Shown piece after piece: positions 11,737-24,300 of a stretch of DNA of 64,000 nt; the stretch's first letter is position 1, and every line of letters starts with the position of its first letter. Made by a program: the position numbers and the translations under genes. Source of the DNA: Dicyema japonicum (lineage: Eukaryota; Animalia; Dicyemida); the NCBI GenBank assembly GCA_011109175.1, contig RDEW01000027.1:1-64000 (forward strand). The letters are read 5' to 3'. Below the pieces are notes generated by a model that worked only from the letters and a program-made list of their open reading frames with translations, made no database searches and was not told the origin of the DNA.

Positions 11737-12290
11737 CAGCACTTCTCGATTCGTTTTGAGTTTGCACCCCAAAAATTTAAAAAACCAACCTCGCACCCCC
11801 AAATTTTAAATCTAAGAGAATTCGAATTTTATTCAAAAAATTAGTCTAGTTCCTTGAGACTTTCCTGTCTTTTAGTTTTAATTAATTCTTCAAAGCGTAA
11901 TTTTTTGTTTGATAATGCAATTCTGAGATCGTTTTCTGAGATTAGAGAGTTTCGGTACTTATTTTTTGTATAGTGTTGAGATGAAAATCCAGATTCACAT
12001 AGCCAGATTGTTGCAAATAGAACCAGAACTTCTAGTGCTTTTTTTCAAGGGTCGGAAATCCAAATTGCAAACCGCATCAAAAAACCTCTAAAGAATTTGA
12101 GTCGAACAACATTTTCAGTGATGTAGATGATTGCATTTCAATCAAATTGTCTTTGATGTCTTTTCTATCCTCCATCTGTTCTATTTTGAAAGCAAATGGG
12201 CTAACAATTCAGGTATCAGAATCTTTAATACTTCCGATTGAGAAATACTCATTAAATGAAAGTTTTAAACATTCAAGATGATTGCTGATT
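11737..12290 (-). mobile_element. hAT (Charlie/Buster) transposase C-terminus and right end
   Basis: LVLFATIWLCESGFS...KNKYRNSL...DLRIALS dimerisation domain; terminus cagcacttctc next to the 8-mer atctagtc (11729-11736); gcacccc subterminal repeats. Confidence 0.8.
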
Positions 12291-12309
12291 TCTTTTTTTT
12301 TATTTTATT

Positions 12310-12605
12310 ATTTATTAACCCTGGATACAACGAGAAAGAATTTAAAGTAAACGACTAATTAAGTGTATCCTGTAAGTGAGTCCATTTGGAATCAGCATAA
12401 ATGGTAAGACTTGCAGTTGTGGAAACTCCTCCAGTGGATTAGGGGAGAGCAAATGATCCTTTTTCGTCCGGCCTGGCACTGGGCGCCACCTAGACAGGTG
12501 GATCACATGACGCTACTCTAGTAAAAAGAGAGAAGAGGAACAGACAAGGAAGCATAAAACTTCAACCAAATTACCACGCAGCACCTCATGGCGCCACCAG
12601 GCTAA
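12310..12605 (-). mobile_element. SINE-like non-autonomous element, family S1 (non-tRNA), copy 1
   Basis: Non-coding repeat homologous to 22165-22410, 37880-38070, 38905-39140, 41770-42225 and 45680-45835; ends in a hairpin plus a gggttaataaat tail. Confidence 0.65.
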
Positions 12606-12689
12606 TAAAATTTAATTAAATCTTTTTAATATTTTTATCTAAGTCGAGTTGAATACAATAGCAATTTCATCCAGTGTTGGAAAATTTCC

Positions 12690-12830
12690 AAAATTATTAT
12701 CTTGAATCGAGAAGCGCTGATCTAGTCCGTCGAATCGACTCAATAAGGTCACCAAGAATCCACTTGAGACTGGATGGCTTCTAGAGAGAATCTCGATAGG
12801 TATTGTCAGAGGAAACAAGAATGGTCATTC
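12690..12830 (+). mobile_element. CRE-clade 3-prime fragment
   Basis: WLLERISIGIVRGN motif. Confidence 0.65.
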
Positions 12831-13199
12831 AAGCTCCCTAAATTAATTGTTTCAAATTATTACATACCTATGAACAGGAGAGCGAATCTAACCAATATTT
12901 ATTTACCCTCGGACCCTTCGAGTGAAAGTGGCTAACAAAAACGAAATTTCACATTGCCACAAAAATATCCTATAACTGAACATTATCTTCCTAAAAATAC
13001 TGCTTTAATACAGTGGACATGGGTGTCACGCTGAATATCGAAGATTTGATATTTCTTTAAAGTCCACAGGGGTGAATCTAAGAAAAGTGATGTGGTTAGA
13101 ATCACTTTTAAAAATATTGAAAATTTAATAATTATTTGTTGAAATAAAATATGAGAAACCAGAGATGACTAAAAATTCCCTGAACCATCTAGTTAATTA

Positions 13200-14400
13200 A
13201 TGCACGTCCGCGTTCCCAATAAACATTGTTTATGGTTTCCCCTGTGCCATGTTTTCGACTGTTATCCCGTTAGCCTTCTCCATCCCTTTCGTCGTCTGGC
13301 TCGCCTCCTGATTTCATCCAGATCGTATGCATCCAGTGTTTTGGGAAGGCAACCTCTTGGACGTCTTCTGAATGTAAAAAAATTCTTCCATGGCGGCATT
13401 GCAGGGTGTATCTTCACCCATCCGTAGAATATGTCCAAAAAGGCGCTAACGGGGTTCAAGTACGTTCAGACTTATTGGTCCACAATCAGTCAGTCTGTAT
13501 AATTTATTGTTTGAATTTCCTTTGTCCAAGAGTATCCAAAAAGTTTTTTAGTTGGCCTCTGTGAAACGAGTCGAGTTGTTCCATGTCTCTCTTTGATGTT
13601 CCCCAAGTAGCTGCGAGTCGAGTTGTTCCATGTCTCTCTTTGATGTTCCCCAAGTAGCTGCGTCGTACATGAGTACTGGTCGGATAAATCCATAAGCGTA
13701 ACCGCATCTTAGTAGGAATTTGATTCTTTCTCATCAGAATGGATTGTAATGGTCGTCACTTATTCTATTGTGGCCAATATCTTTCGTCGTGTGATATCCT
13801 CTGAATCGCCAAGTAACGATCCGAGTTTTCGGGTGTTCCTCCACTTCTCCTCGGGTTGGCGTTCTTTCAATAGTGGTTATTTCAGTATTGTCTTCATTGA
13901 CTTTGAGGGACCATTTACTCGAAATTGTTTTCGCTTTTTCCATAATAACGTCTATAAATTCCCGATCTTCCGCGACAAAATCGACATCATCCGCGTAAAT
14001 GAGTTCCATAAAGTGGTTGTCCAGACAACCATTTTGTTCTTATTTCTCAAAGCTGCCTCTAGGTAGATGATAAATAATACGGATGATAGCGTATCCCTTT
14101 GTTGGGTTCCAACATTGGTAGAAAATGGTATAGACTCTTTCAGGCCAACTCTGACGAGTAGTCCAGTTTCGGACAATCGCATGTGTATCATGCGCAGACT
14201 GTCTTCAATGACTTCTTTCAACACGATAAGTAATTAACTCCTGTTGATGCTGTCAAAAGCCTTGCTCATGTCGACTCCCAGGATATGAAAGGATCTTTTG
14301 TACTTCTGACATATATTGCAGTGATCCAGTGATGGCTCTAGACAACATCATCCGTGGATCTTCCATGCCTAAAACCACTTTGACTGCAAGAGAGATATCT
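13200..14400 (-). mobile_element. RTE-like retrotransposon RT remnant
   Basis: VGTQQRDTLSSVLFIIYLEAALR, ELIYADDV and downstream C-terminal motifs; frameshifted. Confidence 0.8.
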
Positions 14401-14475
14401 ATTGAGAAGCATCTATAACAAATAAATTAAAAAAAGTTGTCTCAAAATATCTCCTCAAAAGAACTATTGCTTAGG

Positions 14476-14875
14476 ATGAAAAATTGCTGGTTAGACGTAA
14501 GGATAATGTTTGTNGACTTTAGTTTAACATTAAAGGCTCAATCTGCAACAGATCACATGAACCGAAATTTAACAATTTTCAAATTCATGACGAAGCTTAT
14601 AAAAAGACGTATTCAAATGGGGGAATATGTGTTTTATAAAGAACATAGAATGCTTTTTATATTGATAACAAGACGTGGCTTTCAAGGGTACCTTGTTGTT
14701 TCAAACACCGAATACGAGTTTATGACATAGACCATTCCATGTCAAATATTTATTATATTTTAGCGACATTACTAGCAGAACAGGAATTGCTTCAGCGGTT
14801 GACGTTAGGACTGGGGAAATGCGTGATCTTAATATTTTTTATCTTAAAGAAAAACTTGAAATTTTGACTATCTGA
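14476..14875 (+). CDS. Hypothetical protein with micro-introns
   Basis: Candidate 20- and 23-nt GT-AG introns join a stop-free frame (QMGEY/NAFYIDNKTWLSRVPCCFKHRIRVYDIDHSI/DITSRTGIASAVDVRTGEM). No family recognised; both ends uncertain; N at 14514. Confidence 0.35.
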
Positions 14876-15086
14876 AGGCAATTAACATATTGATGTCTTT
14901 AAATGGTCTTTTTTGGTTATATTGGGGGCACTAGGCACTACCTTAGACATTTTAACTGACTGACATTATTGTAGTTAAATAAAGAAACCATCTACCAAGT
15001 AACCAATAATACATTCGAATTCTTTGAATATTTCATAAATTTGCAAAAAATTATAATTTTAATGGATGACTCATTTATTTTATTAG

Positions 15087-15870
15087 TTAGGAAAAATTCG
15101 AAAATAGAATTTCTACTATGGAATATGTCCTTAGTATGTTTGCTGCTTTTACTTGAATGTTGCATATTTTCTCCAAAATCGTTGCAGTAAGGTTAGATCC
15201 CCAGATAATACATTGTATCTTATTGTAGCATCGATGAACTGTTTGTATATGAAATCCAGACCACTCAGATCTTTTATCTCTCTTAGGTTTCCCAAAAACG
15301 CCTTCAATAAGTTGATTTTCCTCGTACAAGTCAATAACATATTTTCGACATGTTTTGTAAATGTTAAGAAGGTGTCCAAGGTGACTCCCAGGATTTTCTG
15401 GTATTTGTTTGCGGGATAATCTTCTCATCAAGTGTGACGTCAAATGATACTTTCCATAGTCTTCTGTTGTCCAATACTGAAACCTGGGAAACCAAGGGAG
15501 AACCCTGCTACTTACAGGCCTTTTTCTTGTGCGTCCAGACAATTATCATAGAAAGGATGGTTATTGCACTCGCACGACAGTCCCTCCTGGATGCCAGTTT
15601 TCAGCTTGGTTTTAAAGAGGACTATCAACTATCATACGCCTAAATACATTAAAGAAGTTCAAAACAGATTGCCTTGACAAAAGATCAGGACAGAAAAAGA
15701 TGATTGTATGCTCAATTGATATCCAGAAGTTTTTTGACTCGGTTTCGAGGAAGATTGTCAAGCACCTGTTATATTCGTCAACCAATGACGCAAAACTGAT
15801 ATTATTGTTGAGAAATTTCTTGAGTGGTCAACGAGGACGAGTACACCATGGATCGATGATTTTGTTCTAA
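15087..15870. mobile_element. LINE-D with internal inversion
   Basis: KILGVTLD region on the minus strand (15087-15430) abuts an earlier RT region (PILKPGKPRENPATYRP, CSIDIQKFFDS) on the plus strand (15440-15870). Confidence 0.6.
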
Positions 15871-15989
15871 GTCCATTAGAATAACGCGGTCTGTAACGGG
15901 TAGCGCCTGTGATATATTATTATAAGCAACATACTTAAAATCATAATAGTAATGATTTCACTCATATAGCTTTAAAAACAATCCTCCGA

Positions 15990-18600
15990 ATTAACTTAAT
16001 TTAACCTCCTCGATCCTACGGCAGTTTCCTCAGATCGTCCAGGTAGTCTCCACTTCTTAGACTTTTGTCCACGAGCTTTAGATCTTTGTCAAGTGTTTCT
16101 GGTAGTGTAATACGCTGGCGCCCACGAAAACAAGGTCCCTGTCTCATGAAGTAATCCTCCATTGCTATTTTTGCTGGAGCACCCAAGTCCATACGTAAGA
16201 TATGTCCAAATAGCCTCCAACGCATATCAACAATTTCGAGACTCAGTGGACTCGTATAACACCTCTTATATAGTGATTCCTTGTTTACTCTTGCTGGCCA
16301 GTTCAGTCCTAGTAAGGATCTAGTTGTCTTTGATGGAAAGAGTCAAGTCCAAGTTATTAGGTTTTGAACGTCCACCAGGTCGATGAATTGTATATTAGAA
16401 TTGGCTTGACAAAGGCTACATACAGTCTCAAACGAATTGATGTTCAGGACCGTCGTTTGCCAATCCACTCTTTCTTCAAATTGTTCATCTTTACTTTATA
16501 GAAAGCCATTTTTCTGGCTATATCTTGATTGTCTCCAATTAAAGAGCCATGTTTGTTCGTTTTTTGCCATGTTTCACTTGATTTGTCTTCCATTCTTTTG
16601 ATTTCACAATGTCGTTTATTGCGGTGTTCGTTCCAAGAAACTATTAGTTCAGCTCAGCAGTTGCCATCTCGTGGAATCGAAGTACCGCCGAGTTGTAATC
16701 TGAAAACAGTCGACGTTGTCTGCGTAAGCCATTTAGACGATCTTGCAATCATAAAATTTACGAAAATATCGTAATGCCGCCTCCAGATATATGACAAATA
16801 GCAGGGCGAGAGGGAATCTCCTGGAAAGTACCAACATTGCACGTAAATTCACGGGAAAACGTCTTACCGAACCGCACTCTGAGCTTCGTGTTTGAGATAG
16901 CAACACTCTGATTATATTGACAGAATCAGGGTCCAAGAATTGTTCCAGTATCATGAGAAGTAGACCATGCCGGACCGTGTTAAAGGCCATAGAGAGGTCT
17001 ATTTCCAGGACTGTTTTTGCACTTTCAAATCTCTGGTTGAAAGCGCAGCGCCACTTGTGGCTCCATACTACATCCGCAGTGGATCTCCTGTCCTGATCCA
17101 CTGTGACTAAGGGATAGATTGTTGACCACTAGTTCTCTGATTCGGTTCAACGTATCTAATGTCAGAAGTTTCCGTAAGGTGTTTGTTTAGCAGGATTATT
17201 GGACGTAGGTTTTCAACAAGCCCATCATTCTTGTTAGGTTTTTGTATTGGTATTAATAGTCCGGATCCAAGAGCGGGGTATTCTTTTTTTTATAAACATA
17301 GAGTTAAGTATTCCGCCAGTTTGTCTGTTAGTGCAGGCGGTTTTGAAAAGTTCTAAATGGATTCCATCCGGTCCAGGGGAGCGGCCATTTATACGTTTGA
17401 CCTTTGATTTAAGATTTTGCCAGGTATGATTGCTTTATCGAGTTGAGTGGCATATCCACAATTATGATCAGATATTCCTCCGCGGACAGTTAATATATCG
17501 TCGAAATACGACGCAATGTATTCAACCTGATTTTTGAGATTTGTTAAGAATCTTCCATTCCCATCATGGTGTTAGAGTTTGTTTGTTTGTTTTCTTCTGT
17601 TGAGCAGACTGATGGCAGTTAACATTTTTGACGACTCTTTGAACTGTTCAACTTATGCATCTCTTAGATCAAGTAGGTTAGTGGCGTTCTACTTATTCAA
17701 AATCTTTATGGTTTTTTGTGTAGATGTTCTTCTAGACTTTAATATTTGTTTCCTCACCGGATCAGGCGTATTTTTCAACTGTAATCTTAGTTCCAATTGT
17801 TATTTTAATAGGGCAGGAACATCTGGATGTATACATTTTTTAATCAGTGCTGATATCCAGGTTCCGATACTCCCATTTGCTGCCGAAAGTATCCCTTTCA
17901 TTGTATCCGACCAGGTGACTGCTGGAAGAAGTCCGGGATCTAGGTTTCGGAGAAATCTCGTAATTGATATTTGTTAGTTGTCTCTGATCGATGTAGAGTA
18001 ACACAGGTGTTTCATTTTGTAGCTTCTTCTCTACATTTACGTTTAGCTCTTTTCGTCTTAGGTCAGTTAATGTCCTTGTTGTGAACATGGCAGAGACTAT
18101 CTTCTGATCAATGTCAATAGCTGCACCTCCGTAAGACCTTGAGGCACGTAGGAGTGATTTTTCTTCGACTAGTCAGATGATGCAGTCAAATTGGATGAAA
18201 ATGTTTATAGAGCCTTTGAAAGTCATGTCGTTTTATGACGCGCAGGGTGTCGGAAACCAGTACTACATAGGAACACAGATCAAATGCCTTGCAAAATTTA
18301 CAAAAAATTGCAAAATAATCTTTGGCTATAAAGAATTCCATATTTGGTTTCAATTTATGAAAACTAGTTGACGAAGGGAAATTCATTTTGTGGACAGGAT
18401 TTGATTTATTCATATTGATGACAAGAGTCAACTCGAGACAACTGAAGGAATAAGTGGAAATTCTTGGACGCCTAGCTACACTAAAAAGCCACGACGCACG
18501 TGAAACTCGTTGACTTCTTTAGTTGAACTCTGTTGCAATAGTGAGAGGAAACGCAACGTCGATAATGTCGGCGGGGTCCACTTTGGATAATTGGCTGTGT
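15990..18600 (-). mobile_element. RTE-like retrotransposon, long degenerate copy
   Basis: SPGPDGIHLELF, RRSTADVVWSH, IDLSMAFNTV, LFVIYLEAALR, RWRLFGHILRM motifs in the expected order. Confidence 0.8.
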
Positions 18601-18699
18601 TAATTTAATTACATTATCGACGTTTTAAAATAATTATTCTTTTTTATGAAAAACTGAATAAATTTACATTATCGCTATAAGGAAAATATCAATCTGTTT

Positions 18700-19100
18700 T
18701 TATTTTTAACGGTAAAGCAATAGCCTTAAAACAGAAAATCGAATTTTGGAGGCCATCCGTAAATAAAAATAACATTGCATGCTTTGCAGTTTTGCAAGAG
18801 TATCTTGATGAATCAAAATGCGCATTGGACATCAAAGATCATTTGTTAATTTGGATAATATTGCGAAATTATTTCCGGATAAATTTGATGACGGTTGGGT
18901 TCAAAATCCATTCAAAGCTAAAGTGGAGGTTCAACATCAAAGAAGAAAGAGCAGAGGCATTTGGGATTATGTTTTTGGATGTCCAGTCTGCCAGAGAGGC
19001 TTAACTTCAGCTATTTTTGAGTGAATGGAAAAATACTCGTTTTGGTTATTTTGTTGGAAACAACGTACCAGGATGTCCTGTCTAAAGTTATTGAAATTTC
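18700..19100 (+). mobile_element. hAT transposase remnant
   Basis: WVQNPF motif and surrounding Charlie/Buster-like residues; disrupted. Confidence 0.5.
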
Positions 19101-19249
19101 AATGGAAGCTATTTAGTGCTGAATTTATGGTTGTTGAATCCATCCGCAATTTAGTTTGTTAACTTGGTTTGGTGGATTGAGATCAAATTCTTTACGCGGA
19201 AGCTATACTGAGAGCTGAACAGGTTCAGGTGAGGATATACACAATTGAG

Positions 19250-22120
19250 AATGTATCTCTCTAGGGTTTTGATGCAGAGCAAAAAAAATTAACTCCAGAC
19301 GAATACAATACTTTACTGAACAAGCATTCACTGGCACCCCAAAAACCTACGCCAAGTCGCTCCTCCATTTGGAGTGAGTCCCTTGATTGCATCAAACGAT
19401 GAAGTTCTCCTCGCAATACGGAATTTTGCCCCTAGTAGCAGTAGCGGGCTCGACGGAATAAGACCTGGCTACCTGAAGGATCTAAGTTCTTTGTCCGTAA
19501 GAGATCAGGACTTCGTCCTACGAATTCAACTACTTCACTTATGTACCGGATCCTGTCTTGAGTTATTCCCGCCTTTTCCTGTTATCCGCCAATTTGATAG
19601 CCTTCGATAAGAAGAACGGCGGAGTACGACCAATTGCGGTCGGTTTGTCTTCAAAAAAGGGGTTGCTAAAATTACCTCCAGATATTCTATTCCACTCTTC
19701 ACATAATTCTTGAACTCCTCTCAAGTAGGCGTTTGTATTCGCTTGGAATGCGAGGGCGCTGTCCATTAAGTGAGGTCATTCATAAACCGCAGTATAGAAA
19801 ATTCCCGGGCACATATCCTGGTAAAACTGGACATCAAGAACGCCTTTAATAGTGTAAGAAGGGACAATTTCCTGGAGGCGTGTGTGAATTTGCGAATCAG
19901 TCATGCAACCTACCTTCATTTTTACTTTTCGGTGACTACCTAATACATTCGTATTCTGGAGTGCAACAGGGAGATCCCCTTAGACCCCTATTGTTTTGTC
20001 TTGCAAAAGAGAAAATCACAAAACATCCGCGCTCGCTCCTCAGCTTATGGTTTCTGGATAATGTGGTCCTCGGAGGACCTCCGAATACTATTTCTAGGAA
20101 TTTGGAAGTGATAGTTCCATCATTGTTGGTAGCTGGACTAGAATTAAATTACATTTAAATTCGAAATCTACAATTACGGACTTTCAAAAAAAAAGTATTT
20201 TAAAGCTTTATCATGTTTCGAAAATTTACTGCCTGGAAGTATTTCCACACCCGATGAAAAACTTATATTCCTCGGATCCTTAATCACCATAAATGTGATG
20301 GTAATAGCAATGCCTGATAAACGACTGTTACTCGGAGAGACTCTGGACCGCTTGTGTATACTTGACATGCATACTGCATTATTCCTTCTGAAAAACAGTC
20401 TCAACGTACAGAGGCCTACATATGTTGTGAGGACTGTTCCCTAATTCACTCTGTGTGAGCAACTAGTATAGATTAACGAGATCTTCCGTACGACAGCAGA
20501 ACGTATTTTCAACGTCTTGTTCGAAGATTACTTATGGAAGCAGGCCACGCTGCCAGTGAGACTTGGAGGACTTGGAATTCGGAACCTTGTGGAGCTTTTT
20601 CTCCCTTCATACCTATCATCGCTAGTGGCCTGTAGCTCCCATGTCAAAAAGATTCTACACTCTCTACCTGAATTCTCTATTTACAAGAATTCCGGCCATG
20701 CTAGTGAGGCCTGGAGCCGCACTTATCAGCTTTCCCTGCCTTCCTCGTTCTCATAGCGGGGTTTGGACGATGTTATAAGCTGGAATTCTTTCAAAGATTT
20801 GCTAATGTTATCTAACCAACATCTCTGTGCCTGTTTGTTGTCGGGGCCGTCTTCCGAAAGCGGTACCTGGCTCAACGCCATTCCCAATAGAGTTCTGGGT
20901 ACCTTCCAGGATGATGAATGCGTCCGTATGTGATCTCATTGCGACTGTGATTAAAAGTATGTATTCCACATCCGTGCCGATGCAGAGACCAGATTGACTG
21001 TTTTGGCCTACACTTTTTCTCCTCAGGAAGAGTGCATGCTGATTTCTCAGACACATGGCCTTGAACGAAGTTGTTAGACGAGCTTTAGACGCTTCCGAAT
21101 ACCCCTCCATGCTTGAACCAGTCGGTCTATGCAGGCGGGACGGGAGCCAACCATATTGGATGACAATCTTCCGCTTTGAATCCGGGAAATCTCTTGTCTG
21201 GGACGTTACCTACACCGACATGTTTGCCTTTTGCAACCTACTCAAGAGTGCCTCTGGAGCCTGTTGTGCCGCTGAGAAGGCCGAGAAGATGAAGGGAAAA
21301 GTATGCTCTCCTACCCAAGGATTTTTTTGTTTGTTCCACTCTCCGTTAAGACGTCTGGTTCGCTTTTACTCGGAGCGAATCTGGACCGTTTGTGTATACT
21401 TGACATGCATACAGAATTATTCCTTCTGTAAAACAGTTTCAACTTACAGAGGCTTACATATGTCGTGAGGACTGTCCCTACTTCACGCTGTGACAAGATC
21501 TTCCGTACGATAGCGGAAGTATCTTCAACGTCCGGTTCGAGGATTACTCATAAAAGCAAGCAACGTTGCCAGTGAGACTTGGAGGACTTGGAATTCGAAC
21601 CCTGTGGACCTTTCTCTCCCTTCATAACCATCATCGCAAGTGACCTGTAACTCCCTTGTTAAAAGGATTCTAAATTCTCCACCTGAATTTTCTATTGACA
21701 AGGATTCCAGCCATGCTCGTGAGGCCTGAAGCTGCACTTATTAGTTTTCCCTGCTTTCCTCGTTCTCTCAGCGGGTCTTGGAAGATGCTATATACTAGAA
21801 TTTTTTCAAAGATTTGCTAGTGTCATCTAGCCAACATTACTGTGCCTGTTTGTTGTCGGGGCGTCTTCCGAAAGCGGTGCCTGCCTCAACGCCATTCCCA
21901 ATGCCGAGAAGATGAATCGGGAAAAGTATGCGGTCCTACACAAGGATTTTTGTTGTTTGTTCCACTCGCCGTTGAGACGTCTGGTTCCCTTGCGCCTGCG
22001 ACATTGGAACTCTTGAGTCGTCTAAGGAATCGGATCGCTACACGAACATGAGACCCTCGTGAACGATGCTGCCTATTTGAGCAAATCTCGCTCGCCATCC
22101 TGAGAGGAATAGCTCTTTTC
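19250..22120 (+). mobile_element. CRE-clade retrotransposon, two diverged copies in tandem
   Basis: GLDGIRP, GGVRPIAVG, GVQQGDPL, WFLDN, LPVRLGGLGI, GKSLVWDVT, FVPLAVETSG, ISLAILRG. The segment 20340-20890 recurs, diverged, at 21370-21900. Confidence 0.85.
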
Positions 22121-22164
22121 ATTCCTTAATAAAAACTTTTGAATTATATTAGAGAAATTTTCAT

Positions 22165-22410
22165 TTATGGCGTGGCGCCATGTGGTGCTGCGTTGTTACT
22201 TGATTTAATTTTTCTGCTTGCTTGTCTGTTCCTCCTTTCTCTTCCTAATAGAGTGGCGTCATGTGATCCACCTGTCTAGGTGACGCCCAGTGCCAGGCCT
22301 GCATGAAAAAGGATCATTTGCTCTTTCCCACTCTACTGGAGGGGTTTCCACAACTTCACGTAATGGACGTCTTACCATTTATGCTGATTGTGATTTTTAA
22401 CGCGCATTGA
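22165..22410 (+). mobile_element. SINE-like family S1, copy 2
   Basis: Clear alignment to the reverse complement of 12310-12605; the 3-prime end is missing. Confidence 0.65.
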
Positions 22411-22439
22411 TAGCGATGTGTTGGAGAGTAAAAATTTTA

Positions 22440-24300
22440 TCACACGTAATGCATCCTCGTCTAGAATACTTTCTGTACGTGGATTAGCTTTTTTGGGTTG
22501 ATAGAGTCAAAAGCACGAGATGTTTGAGTGAGGTCAACTCCAAAAATTGAGATCTCTTCTTTGTGTTTCTGGCACATTGCACACATCCATATGTGACTCC
22601 ATACAACGTCTGCGGTCGACTTTCCAGGTCTGAATCCACTTTGACTTGCGTTCAGGAACTCATTTACAGAGTCTGAAATACGATTCAGCGCAACAAGGGA
22701 ACGTATTTTCCTTATCGTATTCATTAGTGTAATCGTGAATAGACTGTTTAGATTTCCTCTTTCCTTTCCAGTTTTCTGAATTGGGATCAATGTGCCATTC
22801 TCCGCATCAAATGGACTGTGACATTTGAACAACTGTTCAGGATTTTGCAGATTAACTCAGCCACCCTGTCTTGCGCGTATTTAGAAATTATGGACTCACG
22901 TTGTCCAGTCCAGGGGCTCTGCATTCTTGAGCTTGCCCAAAACTGAAACGATTTCATAATGCATGATGTTTTGACTCTTGGAGTTCCTTCGAATGGTTTA
23001 AGTGTTCATTGAGATTTAGTCGTTTTTGTAGAAAGTTTCAATTTTGTTATCTGCTTTTTATCTAGAAAGTTGCAATTTTGTTTTCTGTTTTTCGTAGAAA
23101 GCTTCAATTTTGTCGTTGGTTACTACTTTTTCTGAATCACCGAAAACTACGATTCTTTTAGATCTAGTATTGTGGGATAATTGTTTAACTGTAGGTTACA
23201 TTCTTACACCATGTTCGTATCGTTCGGCGTATTTTGCCAAGTTATCCATTGTATGCCGGTCTAGGTCTTTCAATATTCTTTTTTATTTGATTCTGTTACC
23301 TTCTCTTTTAAGAGAGTCAGTGAAGCTTGTCGAGTTTGACGACTCAATAAGAGTAGGAAATTCCTTTGGTTTTTTTACCAATTCGTCTATTTAATTGTCC
23401 TTGAACCTCCTAGGATGATTTCTCAGTACCATCCAGAATCCTGCCTGATTCTGTGCTAAATATAATTCCATAGATCACGGGTGACACATTCGAGTACATT
23501 TTCAGGCAGTTTCGATATTTTCTAACAGTACATTTTACGGGTATTGCCGGAAGCATATAGAGCCTGCATGGCCAAGACCTGCTCCTCGTACGATCTGCCA
23601 GTCCTTTGGATTTTCCAAAGTGTCGCATTAGAATGAAACATGCAACAAGTAGTCTGTTATCACTCGAGGTCATCATGCCACTGTACGTACAGGAGTCCGT
23701 GGGTAGCCCCTTCTGTGTTTGCTTGCATAGCATGTAGTCGATTTGGTTAAATACATAACGCGATTTCCACAGGATTCTCTCCTCTACCTTGTCCAAGTCG
23801 TAATATGTCGCGCTGCAAGTCAAAACGCCGTGTTACAGAGGAACAGTTTAAATGACTCGCAGCAATGTGTAAGGGCCTCCCCGGACAGATTTCTGATCCC
23901 TCGAGCGTGGCTGCCTAGATAATTTGATTCGTCCCGCTTTATCCCCACTTTGGAATTCCAGTTTCCCGCTATAAAGAGCATGTAGGAGCAGTATAAATTG
24001 TCAAGTTTTTCTGCGTTAGCGGATACTTTCACTGTGGTCGTTGCATATAAACCGAGGGGTAGTTGGAAGATGGCATTACTGTCGTTGGTATTCCAAGCTC
24101 TATAAGCCACCACAGCTTCTTCCATACGTATAGCGAACCCCATCCCATAATGTCGGCAGTCTGATGGCAACAGGAGCAGCCGACACCCGTTTATTGTTTC
24201 ATCCATGCCATTGGGGACATTAGTCGGCTGGAGAGAGCATACAGATATCCCGTTTCGTTGGAGGTCCGCACATAAGTGTTTTCTTTTTACGTATGATGTG
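22440..24300 (-). mobile_element. RTE-like retrotransposon, APE endonuclease plus RT start
   Basis: IAGNWNSKVG, LFLCNTAF, NQIDYMLC...SDNRL (APE); QSGFRPGKSTADVVWSH (RT). Confidence 0.8.
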
